This document shows, piece after piece, positions 19,177 to 28,318 of a stretch of DNA of 64,000 nt. Within the stretch, counting starts at the first letter, position 1, and each line of letters begins with the position of its first letter. Made by a program: the position numbers and the translations under genes. The notes under the pieces are model-generated. The model had not been told where the DNA came from. It ran no database searches and saw only the letters and a program-made list of their open reading frames with translations. The stretch is from a bacterium (GTDB lineage: Bacteria > Fidelibacterota > Marinisomatia > Marinisomatales > JAHJCW01): contig JANQGY010000015.1 in the NCBI GenBank assembly GCA_028282845.1, forward strand, positions 77,372-141,371, read 5' to 3'.

Positions 19177-20463
19177 TCACCATATTTTTATACGCTGATC
19201 AGTGGGGATAAAGTATTTTGAATTTTCATCTATTTTAAATGAATTATAAAATTCATTCCGATTATAAATTGGACCAATGGCACGATATTTCTGCGGTGTA
19301 TGCGCTCTTGTTATTGTTGATTTTTCAAATTCGGGAGTAGCTTTTTCCCTCCAAAATCTCGCTAATTGAATAAAGTAATTTTCAATTTCTGCAGAGATAT
19401 GATCGTCGGAAATCTTATTGGAATTATTCTCTATGTTTAGCTTTAGCGCTAATAAGGATACTTCCACACCGCCAATATCAGCAATATTTTCTTGGAGAGT
19501 GGCTTTTCCATTTACAAATAAACTATCCTGAATTGTGTATTGGCTATACTGCTCAATTATATCAGAATATATATTGTCCCAATCATTTTTGTCAAAAATC
19601 AAACCTGATAAAATTTTCTTAAGTATATTAATATGTTTTCCATCCGCATTGTAGTTTCTACCAACATTATCAAACGCATGGGTCATTTCATGAGCAATTG
19701 TCCGGCCAATGGTTCCATACAAATAGGCATTATTATCTGCTAGGTCTAATTGAGCATCAAATAAAATACCGGCATGAATCTTCACCATATTTTCTTTAAA
19801 ATTGTAGGCACAATAAGTCTCAAATGGCGGAACTGCCCAATTATCTACATTCCCTTCAATTTCTGATTTATAATCATTCGATAATCGTATATTATTTTTA
19901 TAATCATTTGAACTCAATAAAGGTATCTTTGGAAAATTAGATAATTTTGGCGCTCCAATTTTAAATTTCATATTATCCAATTTTGAAATAAATAATTCTT
20001 TATATTTCTCTCCTATCTTGTTACTATCGATAATTTTGATTTGGTAGGCTTCTTTCAAATGTTCAATTACATCATTTAACTTGTCTTCTTCTTTCTGCGA
20101 AAATGTTATTTTTGAGAAAACAATTCCAAGTAGTGTGGGAAATTTGGTTTGAACCATTTCAACTCTTTGTCTATCATTGCCAAATTTGCCGGATGAACTT
20201 TCATATAAATTCCGCAATTGCGATAACACAAATTGATGTTCTTCATCAAGTTCGTAGCTTTGTTCCTTAGAAAGTATCTCAGCAGATTTGATCATTATAT
20301 CATCCCAAAGGATTCCCCAATTATTAACGACAGTGCCACCCCCAGGGATTTTGGTATTTTGTAGCCATTCGGCATTTGCGTATTCATAAAAATCAGCTAT
20401 AGAATCTGATGCTTGTCCGAATACTAAATTTCCGATTATTAAAATTATTACAAACTGTTTCAT
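19177..20463 (-). CDS. Short M13-family (neprilysin/PepO-like) zinc metallopeptidase
   Basis: It has a signal peptide, HEMTHAFD (HExxH), ENIADIGG (third zinc ligand motif) and a C-terminal ...IKIW. At 428 aa it is much shorter than classical M13 enzymes. Confidence 0.8.
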   Translation of the reverse strand: MKQFVIILIIGNLVFGQASDSIADFYEYANAEWLQNTKIPGGGTVVNNWGILWDDIMIKSAEILSKEQSYELDEEHQFVLSQLRNLYESSSGKFGNDRQRVEMVQTKFPTLLGIVFSKITFSQKEEDKLNDVIEHLKEAYQIKIIDSNKIGEKYKELFISKLDNMKFKIGAPKLSNFPKIPLLSSNDYKNNIRLSNDYKSEIEGNVDNWAVPPFETYCAYNFKENMVKIHAGILFDAQLDLADNNAYLYGTIGRTIAHEMTHAFDNVGRNYNADGKHINILKKILSGLIFDKNDWDNIYSDIIEQYSQYTIQDSLFVNGKATLQENIADIGGVEVSLLALKLNIENNSNKISDDHISAEIENYFIQLARFWREKATPEFEKSTITRAHTPQKYRAIGPIYNRNEFYNSFKIDENSKYFIPTDQRIKIW

Positions 20464-20520
20464 AACTATCCTTAATTCACCAAATGTTCAGCTAAATTTT
20501 AGTATGCATTTTTACTATGT

Positions 20521-21033
20521 TCATAAATCATTCTGCTGCATTTTTTTCCGAATGTACAAAATCTTTGTTACCGATGCGACCGATTCGTCTTTCTCATCTT
20601 TTATTTGAGCTTCAAGTTTATGGTGATATTTTTTACCGTTTTCTGTATTCTTTAAAATTGTTTTAATATTATCGTCAGTAATTAAGAATCTAGCCGTAAC
20701 AGTACCAATCCCCGGTTTGACAAAATCAATGTTAGCACTCTGATCCCAAACTACGTAGCCTTTACCCAAAATTTGGATCAACATTAACATAAAAAACGGA
20801 TCGGCCATTGAATATAAAGAACCGCCAAAATGTGTTTTAACATAATTGTGATTATACCAGCTCAACTTCATTTCAACAATTATTTCTTTAAAATCCGGGG
20901 AAATATACTTAACAATAATACCTGTCCCCCAATATGGCGGGTAAATATTTAACATGAATTTTAATAATTTGGATTTCATAATTCTGATGGCGGTTGCATC
21001 TAAACCAAAATGTTCTTTAAATAGTTTTTTCAA
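20521..21033 (-). CDS. Hotdog-fold protein (DUF4442/PaaI-like thioesterase)
   Basis: YPPYWGTGI...THFGGSLYSMADPFFMLM is typical of this family. The track start is TTG; ATG 20979 is an alternative. Confidence 0.7.
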   Translation of the reverse strand: MKKLFKEHFGLDATAIRIMKSKLLKFMLNIYPPYWGTGIIVKYISPDFKEIIVEMKLSWYNHNYVKTHFGGSLYSMADPFFMLMLIQILGKGYVVWDQSANIDFVKPGIGTVTARFLITDDNIKTILKNTENGKKYHHKLEAQIKDEKDESVASVTKILYIRKKMQQNDL

Positions 21034-21087
21034 TAATCAATATTTAATAAAAAATAATCAATAATCAATCAACAATCAACAATCTGA
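21034..21087. repeat. AATCA-rich short tandem repeat tract
   Basis: The tract reads caataatcaat...aataatcaataatcaatcaacaatcaacaatc. A similar tract lies at 31396-31432. Confidence 0.6.
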
Positions 21088-21124
21088 TTATTCCACCCAA
21101 TGCCGGGCGAGTCCATCGCTTTAG
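21088..21124 (-). repeat. Decayed duplicate of the 3' end of the GNAT gene (direct repeat of 22597-22634)
   Basis: ttattccacccaatgc-cgggcgagtccatcgctttag aligns with ttattccacccaatgctcgggcgaatccatcgctttag, with 1 indel and 1 substitution. Confidence 0.8.
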
Positions 21125-21168
21125 TCTAAGTAAGTTTAACAATTTAGGATTCTGATAAAGAACAGTCA

Positions 21169-22476
21169 TTATATCCCATGTTTAGATCTAGTTGTGCCGT
21201 CTTTTTCACCTATCATCAATAATTTGTATCCATTTACCTGATTTGATTCATCCCTTACGAATTGTACAATGTAATCTTCAGAGTCACTAAAAACAAATGA
21301 ATCTTCGTCGAATGGAAGTAAAACAAATTCTTCATTAATGCCCTGATGCCAAAACAAATAATTATCTCTCAGAATTATTTGTTGGTCTTTACCATATACT
21401 CCAACATATTCATCCAGAACAACAGTATTTTGTAATAAATCTTGATATTTTTTTTCTGCAATCAATAAATACCATTCTAATTCTTCAATCTTTTTGCTAT
21501 CCTCATTACTATCTATTAAATCACTTAGTGCAGTTATATACGCTTTTCTGTATGCTAAATATTCATATATTTCAATATCCGGTTGTATTCCCTTACCTTC
21601 CCAATCTTTGAAAAATGGTCGGCCGATCGGCATTTTAATTTCAAGCATTATATCAGGATAATAATAATACTCTCTCCAATGAGCCGCACCCTTTGTTCGT
21701 TCACCAATTATTTTAGCTCTTTTATTTCTTTGCATCATTGAACTGAATGATTCAGCCGCTGAAGCTGTTTGTATGCTGGTAAGTATATATAGTTTAGTAT
21801 CAGAAAGAATTTTACCGGAGACTTCATGAGTCCAAGATTGCCCGAGAGAATCTGTTTCGGGAAAGTACAAACTGCTTGTTATTGTTGGTTCTTCAAAAAA
21901 GTAACTGGATAGTAAATCAACCATTGTACCATGTCCTCCAAAATTGTATCGCAGATCTAATATTATTGCATCCGTATTTGATAGATATTCCATTGCTGCA
22001 ATTGCCGTTTCACCTGCGTATTTTGGATCACTAAATCTATCAAATCTTAAATAGCCAATATTTCCGGAGAGGATTTCTATATTTTTAAAATAATAATTTT
22101 TCTTGGCAAGTTGTACCACTTTTTCAGATGTTAAACTTATTTTATTTTTATTCTTATTCGATTCAGAGTTTTTTATAATGCTAAAACCAATATGATAATC
22201 TTCAACAAGATCATAAATATCAGAATCTATTTTTTCTATTAATTCTTCATATTCGTATATATCATTATATTGTCCTGTCTTTAGATTGTCTAATAAACCT
22301 TCCTTTATAATTTTTGCTTTTTCAGGATATACATAATGCTTTTCAAAACTATTTATAATTGTATTTACGACAGTCTCAATTTTTGCATTATCAAGTTCAA
22401 TATTGTTATAATTACCTTGTCCAAATGATAGGAATGGGATAAGAATTGTACAAATTAGTAAAGTTATCTTTTTCAT
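21169..22476 (-). CDS. S41-family peptidase (tail-specific protease-like), secreted
   Basis: It has a signal peptide, DLRYNFGGHG and the Ser-containing motif LTSIQTASAAESF. Confidence 0.85.
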   Translation of the reverse strand: MKKITLLICTILIPFLSFGQGNYNNIELDNAKIETVVNTIINSFEKHYVYPEKAKIIKEGLLDNLKTGQYNDIYEYEELIEKIDSDIYDLVEDYHIGFSIIKNSESNKNKNKISLTSEKVVQLAKKNYYFKNIEILSGNIGYLRFDRFSDPKYAGETAIAAMEYLSNTDAIILDLRYNFGGHGTMVDLLSSYFFEEPTITSSLYFPETDSLGQSWTHEVSGKILSDTKLYILTSIQTASAAESFSSMMQRNKRAKIIGERTKGAAHWREYYYYPDIMLEIKMPIGRPFFKDWEGKGIQPDIEIYEYLAYRKAYITALSDLIDSNEDSKKIEELEWYLLIAEKKYQDLLQNTVVLDEYVGVYGKDQQIILRDNYLFWHQGINEEFVLLPFDEDSFVFSDSEDYIVQFVRDESNQVNGYKLLMIGEKDGTTRSKHGI

Positions 22477-22596
22477 AGGATTTCCTTAATTATTTGTTGA
22501 TTAATTCTACTGAGAAATTTGCTAATTAGATACTTATTTGTGGATATGGTTGTCCACTCTATTAGCTAATAACATTAAGTATTTAACAGATATCCG

Positions 22597-23139
22597 TTAT
22601 TCCACCCAATGCTCGGGCGAATCCATCGCTTTAGCGCAAATAACTTTTCCTTTATTAATCAGCCCTTCGGAAGTAAGCGGCATTACCATCCAAGCATCTT
22701 TCACCGCTTCAGGAATGGGATAAGGCGCGGGGTAGCCCAAATTGCCGGCATCGTTAATAAAACCATGCTTGGGGTAGTATGTGATGTGACCCAAAACAAA
22801 CACAACCTTTGAACCAATTTCCTTGAGCCTTCTAAGCCCCGCCTTAATCAGCATACCGCCAATTCCCTTATTCTGATATTCAGGAAGCACCGCCAAAGGA
22901 GCCAAAATGTGCATTAAAGTGTTGTCATCGCCATTTTCAATTGTGGCTTTAGTAAATAGAATGTGCCCTATCGGTTTATCACCATCAAAAGCAAGCAAGG
23001 AAATACGCGGTTCGGCAGTATCGTCTTTTAAAAGGTCAGCAGTTAAATCGGCTACCGAGTCTTCGTTAAAAGATTCATATTGGATATTAATAATATCATA
23101 AATATCGTTTTGAAGACTTTGTCTAAATGTAATAATCAT
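22597..23139 (-). CDS. GNAT-family N-acetyltransferase
   Basis: The acetyl-CoA binding motif is QNKGIGGMLIKAGL. ATG 23139 is used because the track start is TTG one codon upstream. Confidence 0.88.
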   Translation of the reverse strand: MIITFRQSLQNDIYDIINIQYESFNEDSVADLTADLLKDDTAEPRISLLAFDGDKPIGHILFTKATIENGDDNTLMHILAPLAVLPEYQNKGIGGMLIKAGLRRLKEIGSKVVFVLGHITYYPKHGFINDAGNLGYPAPYPIPEAVKDAWMVMPLTSEGLINKGKVICAKAMDSPEHWVE

Positions 23140-23193
23140 CAAAAAGTTATTGTACTCAAAATTGAATTATAGAGATAGAATGAAATGTGGTAA

Positions 23194-24126
23194 TCAATTA
23201 GAATTCTTATTCATTTTCAATTTTACGGTGTTTTGTTCCATACCAGATATATATTTGCTAAAATAATCAATTCTATAAGTAATTCTTCTGTTGATTTCAC
23301 TAAGTGATACATCAAACGGAATTTCTATTTTGCTTTTAGCAGATATTATCTCCGCTGTTGTTCCTATTGCAATTAACCTAAAAGACTGCTTTTGATCTAC
23401 TTTTCTATATTTTTTAAATTTTTCCTGTTCAGCATCCAATAATATATTTTGAGGAATGAATATAAATATTGTGCGAATATTTGCTTCGATATTTCCCGAG
23501 TTTTCTAATATTATTTCATTTATCTTTATTGAATCGCCAGTCTGAGTTGTATCTTTAAAATACATGTTAAGAATAGGTTTACGAGAAAATTCATCAAGTA
23601 GAATACTTTGTTGCTCCTTCCAAATTTCTAATTGTTTATCAGTCGATTCAACTATCTTATTCAACTGATTATTATATTTATTAATGTTTTCTTCAAACAT
23701 ATTTAGTGATGAAGAAAAGTTATTGACAGAGCTATTTAATGTTTTTGTATTCGTTTTGTAATTATCACTTTGGTTTATAACTATTCTATTTAATGTATCA
23801 ATACTGTTTGAAAAATTATCGATTTGAACAGGAAGTTCTTTTAATTTATGCGACAGCTCATCTATAGCACCACCTATTTCTGAGATATTATTTTTATAAC
23901 CTTCCAAATTTTCAAATAGTTTTTCTGTGTTTTGATTTGTGGACAAAATAGTGTACACTGAAATCCATAATGCTATAAAAATAAATATGGTTTGCAGCAA
24001 TTTTGATAAAGAATCAAAATATGATCGGTAATATTTTACAGTATCACGGAAATAGACAATAACAGTTGCAATTATTGCTAGTATAAAGATTATTGTAATT
24101 GTAATTATTAATGGAGATGTTGTCAC
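23194..24126 (-). CDS. Uncharacterised 2-TM protein with long coiled-coil and C-terminal beta-rich domain (island gene X1)
   Basis: 310 aa. The only possible start that keeps the TM helices is GTG 24126, overlapping the X2 stop (GTGA). TM helices span about aa 5-25 and 44-62. An N/S/K-rich heptad region spans about aa 65-180. I recognise no motif. Confidence 0.7.
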   Translation of the reverse strand: MTTSPLIITITIIFILAIIATVIVYFRDTVKYYRSYFDSLSKLLQTIFIFIALWISVYTILSTNQNTEKLFENLEGYKNNISEIGGAIDELSHKLKELPVQIDNFSNSIDTLNRIVINQSDNYKTNTKTLNSSVNNFSSSLNMFEENINKYNNQLNKIVESTDKQLEIWKEQQSILLDEFSRKPILNMYFKDTTQTGDSIKINEIILENSGNIEANIRTIFIFIPQNILLDAEQEKFKKYRKVDQKQSFRLIAIGTTAEIISAKSKIEIPFDVSLSEINRRITYRIDYFSKYISGMEQNTVKLKMNKNSN

Positions 24127-25091
24127 AATGCTGATTTAAACAAATTTTCAAATTCGTTCTTGTCAATTATTTTTACTAAATCGGTTTCAAGCTTTCTATA
24201 ACTTTGTGGTATACGTTCATTTGAAACAATGTATCCTAAATTTGCGTTATTTTCACCAATCTCATACTCTATACGTTTTATTATTTTCCTGATAGTAGTA
24301 TGTGGAATCCTGACGAGAGTATTTTTTACTTCTATTAAAATTTTATTACCCTTGAAAATGATTTCAAAATCATAATGCCCTTTATATATTTCTTTAAAAT
24401 CGATTTTAAGCTTTTTAAACATATTGTGAATATTTTTTTCAAATTCAATACCTGAAGCAATTGTTTGCATTGGTTTAGGTTCAATTGATCTTCCTAGGCG
24501 GAAAAAATATGAAATAAATACAATTGTTATTAATCCTATAATAAATACAGATGTAATTATAAATTGATTATTTATCGAAAATGTACTATTTATGGATTGC
24601 ATTATTTCAATAGTAGTTGCTATAATTGCCGTTGCAACAACAGACGAGGTAAGTGCAATTACTGTTTCTGCATACTTATTCTTTTTTACTTTTATTTCAC
24701 TTTTATAATCATCTATTATATTTTCTTCAATCTCATTTATGTTACCATAAGTTCTTCTTAAGTTTTGAATAATGTTCTTTCTATTATTAGCATTAATAAA
24801 ATCGTTTTGAATAATGTTAGAATAGAGTTCAGATACAATCTCTTCAACATTTAATAAAGCTTCTTGCTTGATTCGATGTTCTCGCGATTTTGATTGAAGT
24901 AAATACTCTATTTCATTTTCTTTATAGTAAGAATTCTCTAATACAATTCTTTTTAATATTGTTGAAATTACATCATGGTTTGCTATCATTGCTCTTTCAT
25001 CTTTAGCGCCAATAGTTTTTTTTCTACTAATTAGATAAATCAGTATTGTGATAAGTATTCCACTAATTGTAAGAATTAAACTAAAATCCAT
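24123..25091 (-). CDS. Uncharacterised 3-TM protein with C-terminal PD-(D/E)xK (Mrr-cat/restriction endonuclease-like) domain (island gene X2)
   Basis: 322 aa with TM helices at about aa 3-22, 143-163 and 176-197. The C-terminal GIEFEKNIHNMF...HYDFEIIFKGNKILIEVKN...LGYIVSNERIP places D241-x12-E254-x-K256 in a restriction-endonuclease-like pattern. Confidence 0.72.
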   Translation of the reverse strand: MDFSLILTISGILITILIYLISRKKTIGAKDERAMIANHDVISTILKRIVLENSYYKENEIEYLLQSKSREHRIKQEALLNVEEIVSELYSNIIQNDFINANNRKNIIQNLRRTYGNINEIEENIIDDYKSEIKVKKNKYAETVIALTSSVVATAIIATTIEIMQSINSTFSINNQFIITSVFIIGLITIVFISYFFRLGRSIEPKPMQTIASGIEFEKNIHNMFKKLKIDFKEIYKGHYDFEIIFKGNKILIEVKNTLVRIPHTTIRKIIKRIEYEIGENNANLGYIVSNERIPQSYRKLETDLVKIIDKNEFENLFKSAL

Positions 25092-25153
25092 AGCAAATCC
25101 AATTAATAGGCTTTCTCTTTCTTCAAATCCCTTGTTATTAATTCTATAAAATT

Positions 25154-26254
25154 TTATTTACCGGCTTTTGTACGATTATCCTTTTTACATAACATTTGGC
25201 AATTTTCTGCAATTGTCTTTCCGCCCTCATGCCAAGGAGTAATATGATCTGCTTCCATCTCAGTAATATCAAATTTCTCTCCACACTTAACACAAACTCC
25301 TTTTTGTTTTTCGTATGCCTCTCTCTTCATGTTATCAGAAAATGCACGTATTGAAAGATATTTTTCTTCTCCTGTAAAGATATACGGATAAATACCTGCT
25401 TTTTTTGTAACATCTTCATCTTGCATTAATTCGGCGACTTTAACTTCTATTTTATCTGAATTATATTTTTCTTTATTAAATTGATTATATAGATTGCCCC
25501 AATTGACTGTTGACATTTCATTTCGATATATTGTAAAGTTCTCTCGTACCCAAGCAATTACTTTTTGGAAATAATGCCACAACTCATCAGAATTCTTGTC
25601 ATTTTGATGTTTTGCCATATATTCAGCAACATTCCCATTATTTATCCAAGAAATTGCTGTTTCAAGATATTCTTGTCTAATTGGTTTTCCTTTAATCAAT
25701 AATCCACCGTCTTTCGCTAATAGATATGCCGCGCAATTTGATTTACTAAATTTTAACTTAGCATCTGAAAGCCAAGGTCCGGTGTAAACAGCATTTCGAA
25801 GCTCTTGATCAGTTAATTTTTCACCCGCTATGTTTATAATTTTAAACCAATCCAACCTCTCTTTATCAGTTCCCTCACAAAAATATATCATCAATTCATA
25901 GTTTAATATTTGGTTTTGTTCTTCATCAGTTAGATTATGAAAATATTTATCTAGATTCCCATCTTTTAAGGAAAAATCTCCATTCACATATTGTCCGATA
26001 CTTATGGTACGTTGTTGACCGTCTAACATTTCAAATCCATCTTTATTCTTTAACCAGTACATAACATTTAGTGGAAAATTTTTCTTTATGGATTTGATGA
26101 CTTCTTTTCTTTGTTTGTCATTATAAACAAATTCACGTTGATATTTGGGACGTACATCAAGTTTGCCACTATAAGCAACAACACCTTCTTCCGCATTATC
26201 TTTATATCCTTCAATTACTTCACGAACAGTAATACGATTTAATTCAATTTCCAT
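25154..26254 (-). CDS. DUF262 (ParB/Srx-like, DGQQR) - HNH endonuclease fusion protein
   Basis: The N-terminus has KYQREFVY...LDGQQRTISIGQY. The C-terminus has CVKCGEKF...ADHITPWHEGGKTIAENCQMLCKKDNRTK (HNH). Confidence 0.9.
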   Translation of the reverse strand: MEIELNRITVREVIEGYKDNAEEGVVAYSGKLDVRPKYQREFVYNDKQRKEVIKSIKKNFPLNVMYWLKNKDGFEMLDGQQRTISIGQYVNGDFSLKDGNLDKYFHNLTDEEQNQILNYELMIYFCEGTDKERLDWFKIINIAGEKLTDQELRNAVYTGPWLSDAKLKFSKSNCAAYLLAKDGGLLIKGKPIRQEYLETAISWINNGNVAEYMAKHQNDKNSDELWHYFQKVIAWVRENFTIYRNEMSTVNWGNLYNQFNKEKYNSDKIEVKVAELMQDEDVTKKAGIYPYIFTGEEKYLSIRAFSDNMKREAYEKQKGVCVKCGEKFDITEMEADHITPWHEGGKTIAENCQMLCKKDNRTKAGK

Positions 26255-26261
26255 TTCGTTT

Positions 26262-27299
26262 TTATATTTTTCTATTTTTTATAATTACTCTTGCATAAGG
26301 CACTTCAACAACTCCATCATTAATCATATAAAGATCGCCATCAACTGCACCTCTTTTTTGAATATTTTTTCTATATTCTTTATGTTCTTCTTTGTAAGGT
26401 TTAACACCAATTTCAATTCCTGAATTGGAAATACCTAATCCAATAATTTCAAATTGATCCGGATTATACTTATCTAAAAATGTAATTGGTACCCCCATTG
26501 CGCCATTAAAGTCACAAGGAATATCGGTATATTTATTTACATTTATAGCATCATAGTTTTCATATTTGGGGTAATCCTCAGGACTATATTTCTTATATAA
26601 AGTAATATTTTCTTTATGTTTTTCAACCTCCAAGTTTGTGAACCAACACGAAGTTGAGACACGAGCTATTTTATTGCCATATTCATCTTTATGATGAAAT
26701 TTTTCCCAATCATCTGGAACTATAAAAAACATACCTACATTAAAATTCGTGTAACCTGTTCTAATATTATCTTCTTTGAACAGTTTAAAAATCTCCCTAT
26801 ATGTCATTGCGTTAGTATTGCCGATGATTAAATAATCCTTTTTATATTTTTCTAATTGTCCTACATATTCACGGAACATAGAAAATGGTGGATTGGTTAC
26901 AACAATATCCGCTTCTTCAAGTAATTCAATACATTCTTTACTGCGGAAATCCCCTGTCCCAATCATTTCAGTAATAAATTCCTCTGGATCAGGCATACGA
27001 TTATTGTTTTTATCACCGGTATATTCCAGTTTATATGGTGGTTCTTGGGAAAACAAATTTGCTTCTTTGTAATGTGTAGCAATTAATTTTTTTAACCCTA
27101 AATGCTCAAAATTTAAACTGAAATACTTTACAAAATTGCTTTCTCTTGGATCGTCGCAATTACAAAAGACCACCTTACCTTTGAATTGATCTTTATAGTT
27201 ACGTAGCTCTTTTTCAATGTCATCAAGTTGGGTATAAAACTCATCTTTCTTTTCTTTACTTGCTATATGCAAATTTTTATTAGAAGACAGTTTTGTCAT
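26262..27299 (-). CDS. Adenine-specific DNA methyltransferase, EcoRI-methylase-like family
   Basis: It has DEFYTQLDDIEKEL..Y...GKVVFCNCDDP and the catalytic VVTNPPFS (NPPF). ATG 27299 is used because the track start is GTG one codon upstream. Confidence 0.85.
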   Translation of the reverse strand: MTKLSSNKNLHIASKEKKDEFYTQLDDIEKELRNYKDQFKGKVVFCNCDDPRESNFVKYFSLNFEHLGLKKLIATHYKEANLFSQEPPYKLEYTGDKNNNRMPDPEEFITEMIGTGDFRSKECIELLEEADIVVTNPPFSMFREYVGQLEKYKKDYLIIGNTNAMTYREIFKLFKEDNIRTGYTNFNVGMFFIVPDDWEKFHHKDEYGNKIARVSTSCWFTNLEVEKHKENITLYKKYSPEDYPKYENYDAINVNKYTDIPCDFNGAMGVPITFLDKYNPDQFEIIGLGISNSGIEIGVKPYKEEHKEYRKNIQKRGAVDGDLYMINDGVVEVPYARVIIKNRKI

Positions 27300-27307
27300 C
27301 ACTTTTT

Positions 27308-27351
27308 AATAAACCTTCTCTTTCATCTACATTCCGTTACGATTGACAAGT
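27308..27351. repeat. Tail half of the bipartite island repeat (copy C), overlapping the 3' end of the 27327-28277 gene
   Basis: Minus strand CTTGTCAATCGTAACGGAATGTAGATGAAAGAGAAGGTTTATT aligns with copy A CTTGTCAATCATAAAGTGTAGATTGAAGAGAAGGTTTATT. Confidence 0.75.
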
Positions 27352-28277
27352 CCTTGCCATTCTTTGGGGTATTTACCGTTTTTATCAGAATTTGATGGCA
27401 CATATATTGGTTTATCAATTGGTCTTAATTTTAGTTCGCCATTTATCAGTTGTTTAATTCTTTTTTTAGATACATCACAATAAGATTTCTCTTTATCAAT
27501 ACCAACAACGTTTCTTTCATTTTTTAAAGCAGCAATTGCTGTTGAACCTACTCCAACAAATGGATCCAGTACCCAACTATTCTTATTTGTAAGGGCCAAT
27601 AAACATCTTTCTACTAATTCAACAGGAAACTGACATGGATGCTCGGTTTTTTCAGGGTGATTCGATTTTACATTTGGTATGTTCCACAGTCCGGTTTCCC
27701 AATCTTTTAACACAATATTCCAAATATCTGATGGATTTTTGCCTTTCGGATTTCCGGATAGTTTACCTTTATTCGGTCCTTTGAAGTGTTTTTTCCCCGG
27801 ATATTTTGATGGAATTCTAACATCGTCCAAATTAAATATATAGTTATCAGATTTTGTGAACCACAAAATTGTTTCATATCTTCCTGAAAATCTATTTGAC
27901 GCATGTAGCCCGTGTCCGAAATGCCATATAATTCTATTTCTTAATTTTAGACCGAATTTTTTAAATATATCATAATAAAAAATATCTAAGGGAAATATTT
28001 CTCCTTTATTTACATAATTTCCAACCTGCCAACAAATACTTCCTTCATTTGACAAAACCCTCACAAGTTCAGAAATTATATTCTCTTGGAAATTTAAATA
28101 TTCACTTATCGTGGTTTTATTTTCATACGATTTGCCAATATTGTATGGTGGTGAGGTAATTATTAAATCAAAATGATTTTCTTCTAAACTTTTTAATGCG
28201 TTGAGCGCATCATCACAAACTATTGAATACTCTATATTTGGGTTTATATAATTAAATAATGATTCTTTACTTTTCAT
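27327..28277 (-). CDS. Beta-class N4-cytosine/N6-adenine DNA methyltransferase (N6_N4_Mtase family)
   Basis: Motif IV DLIITSPPYN is N-terminal and motif I DPFVGVGSTAIAA is C-terminal, which is the beta-class order. Confidence 0.9.
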   Translation of the reverse strand: MKSKESLFNYINPNIEYSIVCDDALNALKSLEENHFDLIITSPPYNIGKSYENKTTISEYLNFQENIISELVRVLSNEGSICWQVGNYVNKGEIFPLDIFYYDIFKKFGLKLRNRIIWHFGHGLHASNRFSGRYETILWFTKSDNYIFNLDDVRIPSKYPGKKHFKGPNKGKLSGNPKGKNPSDIWNIVLKDWETGLWNIPNVKSNHPEKTEHPCQFPVELVERCLLALTNKNSWVLDPFVGVGSTAIAALKNERNVVGIDKEKSYCDVSKKRIKQLINGELKLRPIDKPIYVPSNSDKNGKYPKEWQGLVNRNGM

Positions 28278-28318
28278 AATTAGAATTTAATGAACTTTTT
28301 ATTTCTTTAAACTTATCG

